From NCBI GenBank assembly GCA_965230895.1, contig OZ246394.1, forward strand, positions 633,316-697,315: a DNA stretch of 64,000 bases, in the 5' to 3' direction. The notes below the pieces were generated by a model. It saw nothing but the letters and a program-made list of their open reading frames with translations. It did no database searches and had not been told where the DNA came from. Source of the DNA: an uncultured Gammaproteobacteria bacterium (GTDB lineage: Bacteria > Patescibacteriota > Microgenomatia > Levybacterales > UBA12049). A program made the translations under genes and the position numbers. Shown here in pieces: positions 37,028 through 45,616 of the stretch. Within the stretch, counting starts at the first letter, position 1. Each line of letters starts with the position of its first letter.

Positions 37028-37689
37028 ACTGTATATTTTAAGACACCTTTTACTTCTCCCTCTATATGAAAATTTCTATCCGCGGTAAATGCAGGTTGCT
37101 CAGGATTGATTGAGATTAAATTATAAGTAACATCATTGGGAGACTTATAAATTTTTTGTATTTTTTTTATGAGTACTTCACCGTTATTGACACAGACGGC
37201 TATCTGGTTATTGTCAACATCAGATGCTTTTTTAGCAATTACTAAATCACCCGAATTTATACGAGGCTTCATAGATGTTCCTCTTGCCTTTACAATAAAT
37301 GCTTGAGCAGCAGGAAAGCTAAGTAACCGTGATGAAACAGGGATGCGATCTATTGGATTACCGTCTAAAACCCCTCCATTGGGTCCACATTGTGCCATAC
37401 CATATAGATTTAAGTATGTAATCTGTTTATCCGGGCTATCAGCAAGGATTTGGTAATCCTTAGGATTGTTGGGGTTACGTTTCAAGTAACCTTTTCTTTC
37501 CAGTTGTATCAAATGGTGTTGTACAACGCTTGGCGATTTTGCATCAATAGCATCCATAAGCTCACGGATTGATAAAGGTTCATTTTGGTTATCGCGCAAT
37601 AAATTTATTAATTTTTGTTGTGCTGGATGGGGTAAATCGTTCATACCTTCTTTAATTCTAAGAAGATATGAATAGAAAGTCAAGAACAC
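37024..37689 (-). CDS. LexA/CI-like repressor (winged HTH plus S24 peptidase), a second LexA paralog.
   Basis: The N-terminus is SIRELMDAIDAKSPSVVQHHLIQLERKGYLKR. The C-terminus has GTSMKPRINSGDLVIAKK S24 motifs. It is transcribed divergently from the TM-cyclase operon. Confidence 0.7.
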   Translation of the reverse strand: MFLTFYSYLLRIKEGMNDLPHPAQQKLINLLRDNQNEPLSIRELMDAIDAKSPSVVQHHLIQLERKGYLKRNPNNPKDYQILADSPDKQITYLNLYGMAQCGPNGGVLDGNPIDRIPVSSRLLSFPAAQAFIVKARGTSMKPRINSGDLVIAKKASDVDNNQIAVCVNNGEVLIKKIQKIYKSPNDVTYNLISINPEQPAFTADRNFHIEGEVKGVLKYTV

Positions 37690-37757
37690 CTTGCTCTGTA
37701 CTATATTTTATGGTACAGTGATATTGTTTGTTTTATCCTATCGAACATGAATAAACA

Positions 37758-38258
37758 ATGCAAAGAAAAATAGACATAGCTGAGAAAAATCTTAACAGAG
37801 TACATGAGTGGATAAGAGGCATTGACCAAAAAGTTAGTATTTTTCTTGCCTTACAAGGTGTAATTTTAACATTACTCTTCACCAAAATCTTATCTGCGGT
37901 AGTTGCAATCTTTACGACAACTGCTGTTTCTTTCTGGGATAGTCTATTTATTTTATGGGCGATCCTAGCCTTAGGGTTTGGAGTATTTGAGTCCCTCCTC
38001 GCAATTTTTCCCAGAATAAATAATAACGCAAAATCTCATCTTTATTTTGGGGGGATTAAGAATTTAACATTATCAGAATACAAAAATGGTATGAAAGATA
38101 TTACCGATGAAGACTATTTTGAGGAATTATGTGAACAGGTTCACAGAAACTCTGTAATCGCAGTTGCAAAGGCAGAACATTTTCAAAAGGCTATTATAAT
38201 TTTCTTATTAGGTATCGGATTGTTAATAGTAAGTTATATTTCTTTCAAATTTTTTTAA
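37758..38258 (+). CDS. Small 4-TM membrane protein, first gene of the TM-cyclase-cyclase operon.
   Basis: The 166-aa protein has three TM helices between residues 25-100, a ~60-aa soluble segment, and a C-terminal TM helix. Its stop lies 2 nt from the next start. Confidence 0.5.
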   Translation: MQRKIDIAEKNLNRVHEWIRGIDQKVSIFLALQGVILTLLFTKILSAVVAIFTTTAVSFWDSLFILWAILALGFGVFESLLAIFPRINNNAKSHLYFGGIKNLTLSEYKNGMKDITDEDYFEELCEQVHRNSVIAVAKAEHFQKAIIIFLLGIGLLIVSYISFKFF

Positions 38259-38259
38259 T

Positions 38260-38982
38260 ATGCCAACAAATCAAAACTTAATTGATGATACAAACGATTT
38301 TTTCGAAGGAGACTATTCCATAACACAAGGTACAGCAGTGCCTGACACCGAAGACATCGCTTTAGGTAACGTGGGGCGTGAGATGGAGCTTGCTATGCTA
38401 TTTATTGATATAAAAGAGTCAACAAAAATAGTTAACAGTTTTCGTCGTCAAACTGCGGCAAAAATGTATAAATCTTTCCTTAGTGGTATAACCAGAATTG
38501 CTCGGTCAAATGGTGGTTATGTTAGGAGCTTCAATGGTGATGGCGTTCTCGTTGTTTTCGATGGTGGACACAAATGTAATCATGCGGTAAAAGCAGCTTT
38601 GCAAATGAAATATTTCTGTAAGGAAATCTTAAAGAAAAAAGTAGATGCATACTTGAAAGCGCACTCAATTGATGTTGATCTAAATTTTAGCTTCGGAATA
38701 GGAATTCACACAGGAAAAGTTCTAATTGTTCGTGGAGGAATAAGAGGAGACAAGAATAATGATCTTGTCTGGGTAGGAAACGCAACCAATTACGCTGTGA
38801 AACTTTCTAACTTAGCTACGACACTGCATAACATATATATTTCTTATGACGTTTATTCCTTGTTAGAAGATGCCCAAAAATATAATAATTCTACCGAAAA
38901 AGAGAATATGTGGACAAAGCTCGATCTCGATGCATACAGCTTTTATGTTTACAAAACCAGCTACCAGTGGGGGCTTGGATAA
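38260..38982 (+). CDS. Class III nucleotidyl cyclase (CHD, adenylate/guanylate-cyclase fold) domain protein, paralog 1.
   Basis: It matches the CHD consensus at MLFIDIKESTKI (FxDIxGFT metal site 1), YVRSFNGDGVLVVF (GD metal site 2), GIGIHTGKVLIVRGGIRG, and DLVWVGNATNYAVKL (transition-state Asn; Lys in place of the usual Arg). Confidence 0.65.
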   Translation: MPTNQNLIDDTNDFFEGDYSITQGTAVPDTEDIALGNVGREMELAMLFIDIKESTKIVNSFRRQTAAKMYKSFLSGITRIARSNGGYVRSFNGDGVLVVFDGGHKCNHAVKAALQMKYFCKEILKKKVDAYLKAHSIDVDLNFSFGIGIHTGKVLIVRGGIRGDKNNDLVWVGNATNYAVKLSNLATTLHNIYISYDVYSLLEDAQKYNNSTEKENMWTKLDLDAYSFYVYKTSYQWGLG

Positions 38983-38988
38983 ATAACT

Positions 38989-39735
38989 ATGTCTCGACAT
39001 GCAGAAATAACTCAAGATACAAATACAATTTTTGATACTACCTTTACTGTAACGAAAGGGTTAGTGGTTCCTACTGTTGCTGATCTTACTTTTGATAACG
39101 TAGCAAAAGACATTCCAGCTACTATGCTTTTTATTGATATTAAAGGCTCAACACATATCGTAAATGCTGTACAAAGAGCAACAGCCGCAAAAATGTATAA
39201 AGCATTTTTAAAAGGTGTGACAAAGGTTGCACGAGCCAATAGCGGCGATGTAAGAAGTTATAATGGAGATGGTGTCCTTGTAGTATTTGCAGGTGTAGGA
39301 AAGTCCAATAATGCAGTGAGAGCAGCAATGGAAATGAAATATTTTTTTCAGCAAATACTAACGCCGCGATTAAACAGATACAAGGTCAATAACCAACAGT
39401 TACAGAATATAAAATTTGATTTTGGAATAGGTCTAGATATAGGAGACATTTTGGTTATAAAAGCCGGGATTGGTGGAGAGAATAATAGAGATTTGGTATG
39501 GGTCGGTAGGGCTACCAATCATGCAGTAAAACTAGCTGAACAATCGAATGGAGAAAACCATATTCATATTTCGCAAGGAGTTTATCATGAACTTACAGTA
39601 GATAACTTGCGTTTTGTTAACAATAGAACATTTACAATACTGAAAACGCCAATTTGGACACAGACGCTTCCATTAATAACCGCTTTTTCATTAGGCAGCG
39701 TATATACAACAACTTATCATATCCCCTTAAAATAG
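38989..39735 (+). CDS. Class III nucleotidyl cyclase domain protein, paralog 2.
   Basis: It matches at MLFIDIKGSTHI, VRSYNGDGVLVVF, GIGLDIGDILVIKAGIGG, and DLVWVGRATNHAVKL. It is about 45-50% identical to paralog 1. There is a 6-nt intergenic gap. Confidence 0.65.
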   Translation: MSRHAEITQDTNTIFDTTFTVTKGLVVPTVADLTFDNVAKDIPATMLFIDIKGSTHIVNAVQRATAAKMYKAFLKGVTKVARANSGDVRSYNGDGVLVVFAGVGKSNNAVRAAMEMKYFFQQILTPRLNRYKVNNQQLQNIKFDFGIGLDIGDILVIKAGIGGENNRDLVWVGRATNHAVKLAEQSNGENHIHISQGVYHELTVDNLRFVNNRTFTILKTPIWTQTLPLITAFSLGSVYTTTYHIPLK

Positions 39736-39874
39736 AATTCACTTATCATAATTGGTACTGCTGCAATGGTTGATACACTCTGGAAAATAGGAGTCATAAG
39801 TGTTCCATTCTGAGCGGAATGTATTCCCATGATACGATTTATGGACCTGTCCGAATGGATATTGTTTGCAGTTC

Positions 39875-40927
39875 TTAATCTATAATTGCTTTGATTTCTG
39901 TATTCCCATTCGTATCTTTCTTTATTCTTATACTTATTCTTTCATCATTACCTATGGACCTTTTGAAAGCCTCTATGCCCTTTTCAATCACTTGATCGGT
40001 AGGTAATGCTCTTTTTATGAGTGGAGAGTCGTTCACGGTCTCTACAAGGTCATCCAGCACATAGTCACTATAGTATTTATCTGTGATAGTTACACTTGAG
40101 TGTCTTAAAGTCCGAGATACAAGCTGCAAAGGATTACGCCTTCTCAATCGGGAAAGGCTATAAATATCACGCAGCTTATGGCAGGTTAATTTAGAAGGAA
40201 TTCCTAATTTTCTTCTACCATCAGCCAAATTTTTGTTGCATGTCTTCTCGGTAGTATTGAAAACTCGTTTGGATTTAACACGAGCACGCATTTCTTCAAT
40301 CATATCTTCGGGAATTGGGAGAGGAGTAATTTTACCGCCTTTGGATCGGACGAAGAATTGAGGTTGGTCATCAAAAGGAGAAAGATCTGCTCCTTTTAAA
40401 CCAATTGCTTCAGATATACGTAATCCTGTACGCAATATGAACTGCAAACAAAGCCTTGTCTCACCTTTAATTTTTATGCTTCTTGATCTGTCACCCGGAC
40501 CAGGAGTTGTTCCTGCAATAATACACTTTTCAGCTTCTAATTCACTAGGTAATATGAGAGGATCACGTACGACTTTTGGTTTAACTAATTTCTGCGCAAA
40601 ATTAGTTTCAATATATTCCCGATCATAAAGGAAAGCAACAAATGCACGAAGGCTTTTTATTATACTTACTTTACTACTTGGCTTATTCCAGCCATTACGG
40701 TACATAAAAAGTGAATACTGACGACAGGTTTCGAATGTAAGTGGTCTACCATCAAGAAATGGTATGAGTTTATGAAGGATATCTCTTTTGTTTCGGACAG
40801 TTTTGGGATTTAGTCCCTTTTCTGCGGAATAATTGATGATGTAATCATCGTATGCTTGTTGTAACTTTTGACCTTGCAACATAAGAAATCCTTTTGATTT
40901 CTTATGCGCGGAGTATTGTTCTCGCAC
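39875..40927 (-). CDS. int: Tyrosine-type site-specific integrase.
   Basis: The 350-aa protein has catalytic RHR-Y context (GLRISEAIGL; CHKLRDIYS; RHSSVTITDKYY). It is adjacent to the tRNA-Gly target. Confidence 0.8.
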   Translation of the reverse strand: MREQYSAHKKSKGFLMLQGQKLQQAYDDYIINYSAEKGLNPKTVRNKRDILHKLIPFLDGRPLTFETCRQYSLFMYRNGWNKPSSKVSIIKSLRAFVAFLYDREYIETNFAQKLVKPKVVRDPLILPSELEAEKCIIAGTTPGPGDRSRSIKIKGETRLCLQFILRTGLRISEAIGLKGADLSPFDDQPQFFVRSKGGKITPLPIPEDMIEEMRARVKSKRVFNTTEKTCNKNLADGRRKLGIPSKLTCHKLRDIYSLSRLRRRNPLQLVSRTLRHSSVTITDKYYSDYVLDDLVETVNDSPLIKRALPTDQVIEKGIEAFKRSIGNDERISIRIKKDTNGNTEIKAIID

Positions 40928-40990
40928 TACCTGTCAATTCAGGCTACATAAGTGTATATCCTATTTACTCTAAATAATTAATTTAGTTTG

Positions 40991-41062
40991 AGCGGGCGAT
41001 GGGAGTCGGACCCACTGCCTTCTCCTTGGGAAGGAGACATTCTACCGGTGAACTACGCCCGC
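40991..41062 (-). tRNA. tRNA-Gly (anticodon CCC).
   Basis: The reverse complement folds as a cloverleaf: acceptor GCGGGCG/CGCCCGC, anticodon arm TCTCC-TTCCCAA-GGAGA, T arm GTGGG-TCCGACT-CCCAT. CCA is not encoded. Its 3' half is the att repeat. Confidence 0.8.
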
Positions 41063-41161
41063 AAAGTACAATGGTAGACCTGTTGTTCTACCGTCAAACT
41101 TCAACCGTGAACTACGGCAATAATATCATGCATTTGGGAAAAATTCACTTAGAAGTTTTAC

Positions 41162-42010
41162 TTATTTAGTACGAGGGATCTTGAGTTTATTTCCTGAATG
41201 GATAAGACTTGGATTTACTAGTTTATTTGCTCTTGCAATATCAACCCATTTATAACCATTCCCATAAGCTCGTACAGAGATAGTCCACAGGGAATCACCT
41301 TTTACAACTTGATATGTATCTGTTGTAATCTTTGAGCCAACGATCGAAGGTGATGTATTTTTTTGTTCTTTTTGTGCTACTTCAGTTTTCGTTTCTTTAA
41401 CTGTTTGTGTTTTTGCAGTTACCTTTGGTAATTTCAATTTATTACCCACATTGATCTGACCAGGATTGGATAAATTATTTGCACGAGCAATATCAACCCA
41501 ATTATATCCACTCTTATATTGCTTCTCAGCAATTGTCCAAAGACTATCACCTGATTTTACGACATATTCACCTGCTGTTGGAGCGGAGATCTTTGTTTCT
41601 TCTTTAACTGGTGCTTTTGTTGGAGCGACTGTTGGTTTCTGTGTTGGTTGAGCTGTAGGCTTTGCAGTTGGCTTGGTTGTTGGTTTCGCTGATGGAACTG
41701 GCGTTGGAGCAGATGTGACAGTTGCACTGATCTCTGAGTTTGCATTATCCCGAGGAGAAACTGTAAGTTGTAATGCCTTTTGAGAAATTTGAGCAATACT
41801 TTGTGATTCTTGCGTGACTGGGTTTGTTGGAGCAGAATTTCTATTGTGAACAAATGAGAGAAGCAATGCAGTAGCAATAATAACCACAACAATACCGAGA
41901 ACCAAACTTGTATATGATTCTCCAAAACGAAGGTAATCGAAGAATGTACTTGGAGCTTTAGACTCTTCGTTTGATGGTACTTCTTCTACTTGAATTACTT
42001 TTTTTGGCAT
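41162..42010 (-). CDS. LysM-domain cell-wall-binding protein (TM anchor, Pro/Thr-rich linker, two LysM repeats).
   Basis: The two LysM repeats are YVVKSGDSLWTIAEKQY...INVGNKLKLP and YQVVKGDSLWTISVRAY...IHSGNKLKIP. Confidence 0.8.
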   Translation of the reverse strand: MPKKVIQVEEVPSNEESKAPSTFFDYLRFGESYTSLVLGIVVVIIATALLLSFVHNRNSAPTNPVTQESQSIAQISQKALQLTVSPRDNANSEISATVTSAPTPVPSAKPTTKPTAKPTAQPTQKPTVAPTKAPVKEETKISAPTAGEYVVKSGDSLWTIAEKQYKSGYNWVDIARANNLSNPGQINVGNKLKLPKVTAKTQTVKETKTEVAQKEQKNTSPSIVGSKITTDTYQVVKGDSLWTISVRAYGNGYKWVDIARANKLVNPSLIHSGNKLKIPRTK

Positions 42011-42135
42011 AACTTTAAGAGGCAGAAAACTACTTTGGGAGAAGTAAAGGCAGTATACATCAACTTCTAGAGCATTTCAACTTATAATATTACTAGAAGT
42101 GATACTTGCGGGCCGCTGATGGCGAGCCTCGCCTT

Positions 42136-42212
42136 TGGCGGGATGGACGGGACTCGAACCCGCGACCTCCTCCGTGACAGGGAGGCGCTCTAACCAACTG
42201 AGCTACCACCCC
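42136..42212 (-). tRNA. tRNA-Asp (anticodon GTC), CCA-encoded.
   Basis: The reverse complement is GGGGTGGTAGCTCAGTTGGTTAGAGCGCCTCCCTGTCACGGAGGAGGTCGCGGGTTCGAGTCCCGTCCATCCCGCCA. Confidence 0.85.
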
Positions 42213-42238
42213 AAATATTATTTGGGTACTAAAAACTC

Positions 42239-44089
42239 ATGTTTTTAGCAGTCGATACATTTTATCCTAATCTTGCACCCCCGTCAATCCTTTGCTACAC
42301 TGCATTTGTGACAAATTTAGAGATCAGTAAAATCCTCAAAAACGTTGCTGCCGCATATAGTATTCAGGATGAAAAAAAATACCGCTTTCAAATTCTTGCT
42401 TATCAAAAAGCCTCAGAATCGATAGAACAAAGTCCAACTGAACTTCGCGAACTTTACAAGGACGGAAAACTTTCAGAAGTTCCTGGAGTTGGAGCGACCT
42501 TGAAATCTCGGCTTGAAGAACTCCTTAGTACGGGAAAAGTTGCGCACTTTGAAGAAGTATTTAAACCTATCTCACCTGCTGTATTCCCACTTCTTGATAT
42601 CCCAAGTTTTGGACCAAAGAAAGCATATCGCTTGGTTTCTGAATTTAAACTGCAAGATCCAGAAACTGTCATCCAGGATGTCGTTGGGATAGCTCAGGCT
42701 GGAAAGATTGCAGATTTACCAGGCTTTGGCGAGAAGTCTCAATCAGATATCTTGAGAGCAATTGAAGAATATGGTCGAGGGAAAACAAAAACAGCAAGAA
42801 TGGTTCTTCCCTATGCAATGGAACTTGCGCGGAAAATGATTGCATACTTAAAAGAATCAGATGCTGTAGTTGATGCATCTACCCTTGGAAGCTTGCGCCG
42901 CCGAAGAGATACGATCGGAGATATTGATATCGCTGTATCAACAAATGATCCTGTGGCAGTGCTTGATCATTTTACTGCATACCCACACAAAGAACGAATT
43001 ATCGAACGCGGTGAAAGAACTTCTTCTATTATTGTTTCTTCAGGAAAGCAAATTGACCTTATGGTTGAGTCACCAAAAGGATTTGGAGCACTTCTCCAAC
43101 ACTTTACAGGAAGTAAGGCACACAATGTCCATTTACGTGAATATGCACTCTCAAAAGGGCTCTCATTGTCTGATTACGGTATTCGACCAAGAGGTTCAGA
43201 TGGGGAATATACACTTTACGATACTGAAGAGAGTTTTTATAAGGCAATTGGACTGCAATGGGTTCCGCCTGAAATGCGTGAGAATACCGGAGAGATTGAA
43301 CTTGCTCTGCAGAATAAATTACCGAAGATCCTCGAACTTTCTGACATGAAAGGTGATTTCCATTTGCATTCCAGCTACGATCTCGAACCAAGTCACGATA
43401 TGGGAAGAAACTCCATGGATGAGATGATTAAGCGCTCACTAGAACTCGGATATAAGTATCTCGGCTTTTCTGAACATAACCCAAGTATTTCAAAACATAC
43501 GCAGAAACAAGTCTATGACATTTTGCTTAAACGGAAAGAGTTTATTGAGAAATTAGATGCTAAGTATAAAAAAGATATTCGAGTATTTTCATTACTCGAA
43601 ACTGACATTCTTCCAAATGGTTCGCTTGCGATTGAAGACGATGCTTTGCAGTTGTTAGATGGATCTATTGTTTCTGTCCATAGTGCATTTAGTATGGATG
43701 TCGATCGGATGACTGAAAGAGTTTTAAAGGGATTATCACATCCAAAAGCAAGAATCCTGGCGCATCCAACGGGAAGACTTTTGAACGAACGTCCTTCTTA
43801 TGAACTTCATTGGGATCAAATCTTTGACTTTTGTGTGAAGAATAATAAAGCGCTTGAAATTAATGCCTCGCCATCAAGATTGGATTTGCCTGATATTTTG
43901 GTTCGAGATGCTATTAAAAAAGGAGTCAAACTATTTATCGATACAGATAGTCATGCTGTTGACCAAATGGATCTCATGGAATATGGCGTAACTGTAGCTA
44001 GACGAGGTTGGGCAACACAGGATGACATTTTGAATGCATTACCATATAATGAACTTGACCGCTGGTTTAAAGGGGGTGATTCGAAATGA
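42239..44089 (+). CDS. polX: Family X DNA polymerase with a C-terminal PHP domain (PolX). The true start may be the in-frame GTG at 42308.
   Basis: It has HhH motifs, nucleotidyltransferase GDIDIAV, and PHP metal ligands (FHLHSSYD ... SEHNP). Confidence 0.8.
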   Translation: MFLAVDTFYPNLAPPSILCYTAFVTNLEISKILKNVAAAYSIQDEKKYRFQILAYQKASESIEQSPTELRELYKDGKLSEVPGVGATLKSRLEELLSTGKVAHFEEVFKPISPAVFPLLDIPSFGPKKAYRLVSEFKLQDPETVIQDVVGIAQAGKIADLPGFGEKSQSDILRAIEEYGRGKTKTARMVLPYAMELARKMIAYLKESDAVVDASTLGSLRRRRDTIGDIDIAVSTNDPVAVLDHFTAYPHKERIIERGERTSSIIVSSGKQIDLMVESPKGFGALLQHFTGSKAHNVHLREYALSKGLSLSDYGIRPRGSDGEYTLYDTEESFYKAIGLQWVPPEMRENTGEIELALQNKLPKILELSDMKGDFHLHSSYDLEPSHDMGRNSMDEMIKRSLELGYKYLGFSEHNPSISKHTQKQVYDILLKRKEFIEKLDAKYKKDIRVFSLLETDILPNGSLAIEDDALQLLDGSIVSVHSAFSMDVDRMTERVLKGLSHPKARILAHPTGRLLNERPSYELHWDQIFDFCVKNNKALEINASPSRLDLPDILVRDAIKKGVKLFIDTDSHAVDQMDLMEYGVTVARRGWATQDDILNALPYNELDRWFKGGDSK

Positions 44090-44637
44090 ATTCTACATTT
44101 ATCGTAATTGGAGTTGTCGCTGCATTAGTCATTTACGCTTGGTATGTCTACAATATGCTTGTCACCGCAAGAATGCGTATCCAAGAGGCACTTTCTCAAA
44201 TTGATGTGCAACTAAAGCGACGTACAGATTTGATCCCGAACCTTGTTGAAACGGTAAAAGGATATGCAAAGCACGAAAAAGGTGTTTTGGAAAACGTAAC
44301 TAAGGCTCGTGCAGACTTAATGAAAGCTGATTCTATTCAAGAGAAGGCAGCTGCAAATAATGTCCTTTCAGATACATTGAAGTCTCTTTTTGCAGTCTCA
44401 GAAAACTATCCTGACCTTAAAGCAAGTGCAAACTTCTTGAGTCTCCAGGAGGAACTTTCAGATACTGAGAACAAGATTGCGTATTCAAGACAATTCTTAA
44501 ATAGTAATGTTTTGGATTACAATACAAAGATTCAACTCTTCCCTAATTCAATAATCGCAAGTATTTTCAAATTTAAGGAAGCTGAATTCTTCGCTGCTGA
44601 CGAAGCAGACAAGAAGCCTGTTAAGGTTGAATTTTAA
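44086..44637 (+). CDS. lemA: LemA family protein.
   Basis: It has an N-terminal TM helix plus the LemA core ([37 protein letters not shown]). It overlaps the polX stop by 4 nt. Confidence 0.8.
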   Translation: MNSTFIVIGVVAALVIYAWYVYNMLVTARMRIQEALSQIDVQLKRRTDLIPNLVETVKGYAKHEKGVLENVTKARADLMKADSIQEKAAANNVLSDTLKSLFAVSENYPDLKASANFLSLQEELSDTENKIAYSRQFLNSNVLDYNTKIQLFPNSIIASIFKFKEAEFFAADEADKKPVKVEF

Positions 44638-44707
44638 GATTAAAGAAGAAAATAAGAATACATTAATTTTCTCGAGCAATCGGGAAAATTTTTGTATGTA
44701 ATGTACT

Positions 44708-45604
44708 ATGAATATTTATTCAGCGATATCATCAAACATTTGGAAAAGCTATTTGATACTTTTCCTTTTTATTATTTTTGCAGGAACCGTTGCATATATC
44801 ATTGGCAGAGCTACTGATTATGGACCAGGACTTGGAGTAGTAATTTTTATTATTTCAATTTTTTACAGCTTCTATAGTTATTTTAATTCAGACAAAATAG
44901 TCTTAGCTACATCTGGTGCCAAAGAAATTCATGAAAAAAATCATCCACAACTCTTCCATCTTGTAGAAAATCTTTCTATTGCGAGCGGCACACCAATGCC
45001 AAAAGTCTACATCATTGAAGATGCCTCACCAAATGCCTTTGCCACAGGACGAGATCCCAAACACGCAGCAGTTGCGGTAACAACTGGGATACTTGAACGA
45101 CTTAGTAAATCAGAACTTGAGGGAGTTCTCGCGCATGAATTGTCCCATGTCAGAAATTACGACACGAGACTGTTGGCAATTACTGCCGTTCTTGTTGGCT
45201 TTATTGCATTAATTACTGATATCTTTATGCGTCATGTTTGGTGGAGTGGGATCGGAGGTCGAGATAGAGATAGCCGTGGACAAGCTATATTCTTTGTCAT
45301 TGCTATAGTTTTGGCGATCTTGGCTCCTATCATTGCAAGTCTTATCCAACTCGCAATTTCCCGAAAACGAGAGTTCCTTGCTGACGCATCGGGAGCTCTT
45401 CTCACAAGATACCCCGAAGGACTTGCAAGTGCTTTGGAAAAAATATCATCAGATCCGAAACCATTGAAAACAGCGACAAATGCCACTGCACATCTGTTCA
45501 TTGTAAATCCTTTCAAAGGGAAAGGTTTTGCTGGTTGGCTATCAGGATTATTTAGTACACACCCTCCGATTGAAGAACGTGTAAAGATTCTTCGTTCAAT
45601 GTAG
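44708..45604 (+). CDS. htpX: M48 zinc metalloprotease HtpX.
   Basis: It has TM helices and HELSHV (HExxH). It is the classic LemA partner. Confidence 0.8.
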   Translation: MNIYSAISSNIWKSYLILFLFIIFAGTVAYIIGRATDYGPGLGVVIFIISIFYSFYSYFNSDKIVLATSGAKEIHEKNHPQLFHLVENLSIASGTPMPKVYIIEDASPNAFATGRDPKHAAVAVTTGILERLSKSELEGVLAHELSHVRNYDTRLLAITAVLVGFIALITDIFMRHVWWSGIGGRDRDSRGQAIFFVIAIVLAILAPIIASLIQLAISRKREFLADASGALLTRYPEGLASALEKISSDPKPLKTATNATAHLFIVNPFKGKGFAGWLSGLFSTHPPIEERVKILRSM

Positions 45605-45616
45605 TAAAATAAGTTC

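Larger units (their letters stand above)
22471..41028. mobile_element. Genomic island B, an integrative element or degraded prophage at tRNA-Gly(CCC). It carries enzyme cargo, defence-like genes and an intact integrase.
   Basis: It is flanked by 41-nt direct repeats: a partial tRNA 3' copy at 22471 and the real tRNA at 40988. A tyrosine integrase is adjacent to the tRNA. It contains phage relics (capsid fragment, HNH, serine recombinase, XRE, CI/LexA-like). Confidence 0.6.

Noticed and set aside
37758-38258. Interpretation of the 4-TM protein as a phage holin.
   Set aside because: It is not excluded. But no endolysin is adjacent, and the gene is translationally coupled to the cyclase pair rather than to lysis genes. 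It is kept as a candidate effector or membrane partner instead.
41063-41110. A possible second, degenerate tRNA adjacent to tRNA-Gly (CTACCGTCAAACTTCAACCGTGAACTACGGC resembles the tRNA 5' arm).
   Set aside because: It does not fold into a cloverleaf and lacks T and anticodon arms. It is more likely a short hairpin (GGTAGA...TCTACC) or an old recombination scar.
41557-41925. A 122-aa Q/L-rich ORF.
   Set aside because: It is nested on the same strand in a different frame inside the LysM protein gene, within the Pro/Thr-rich linker that yields low-complexity alternative frames. It has no independent support.
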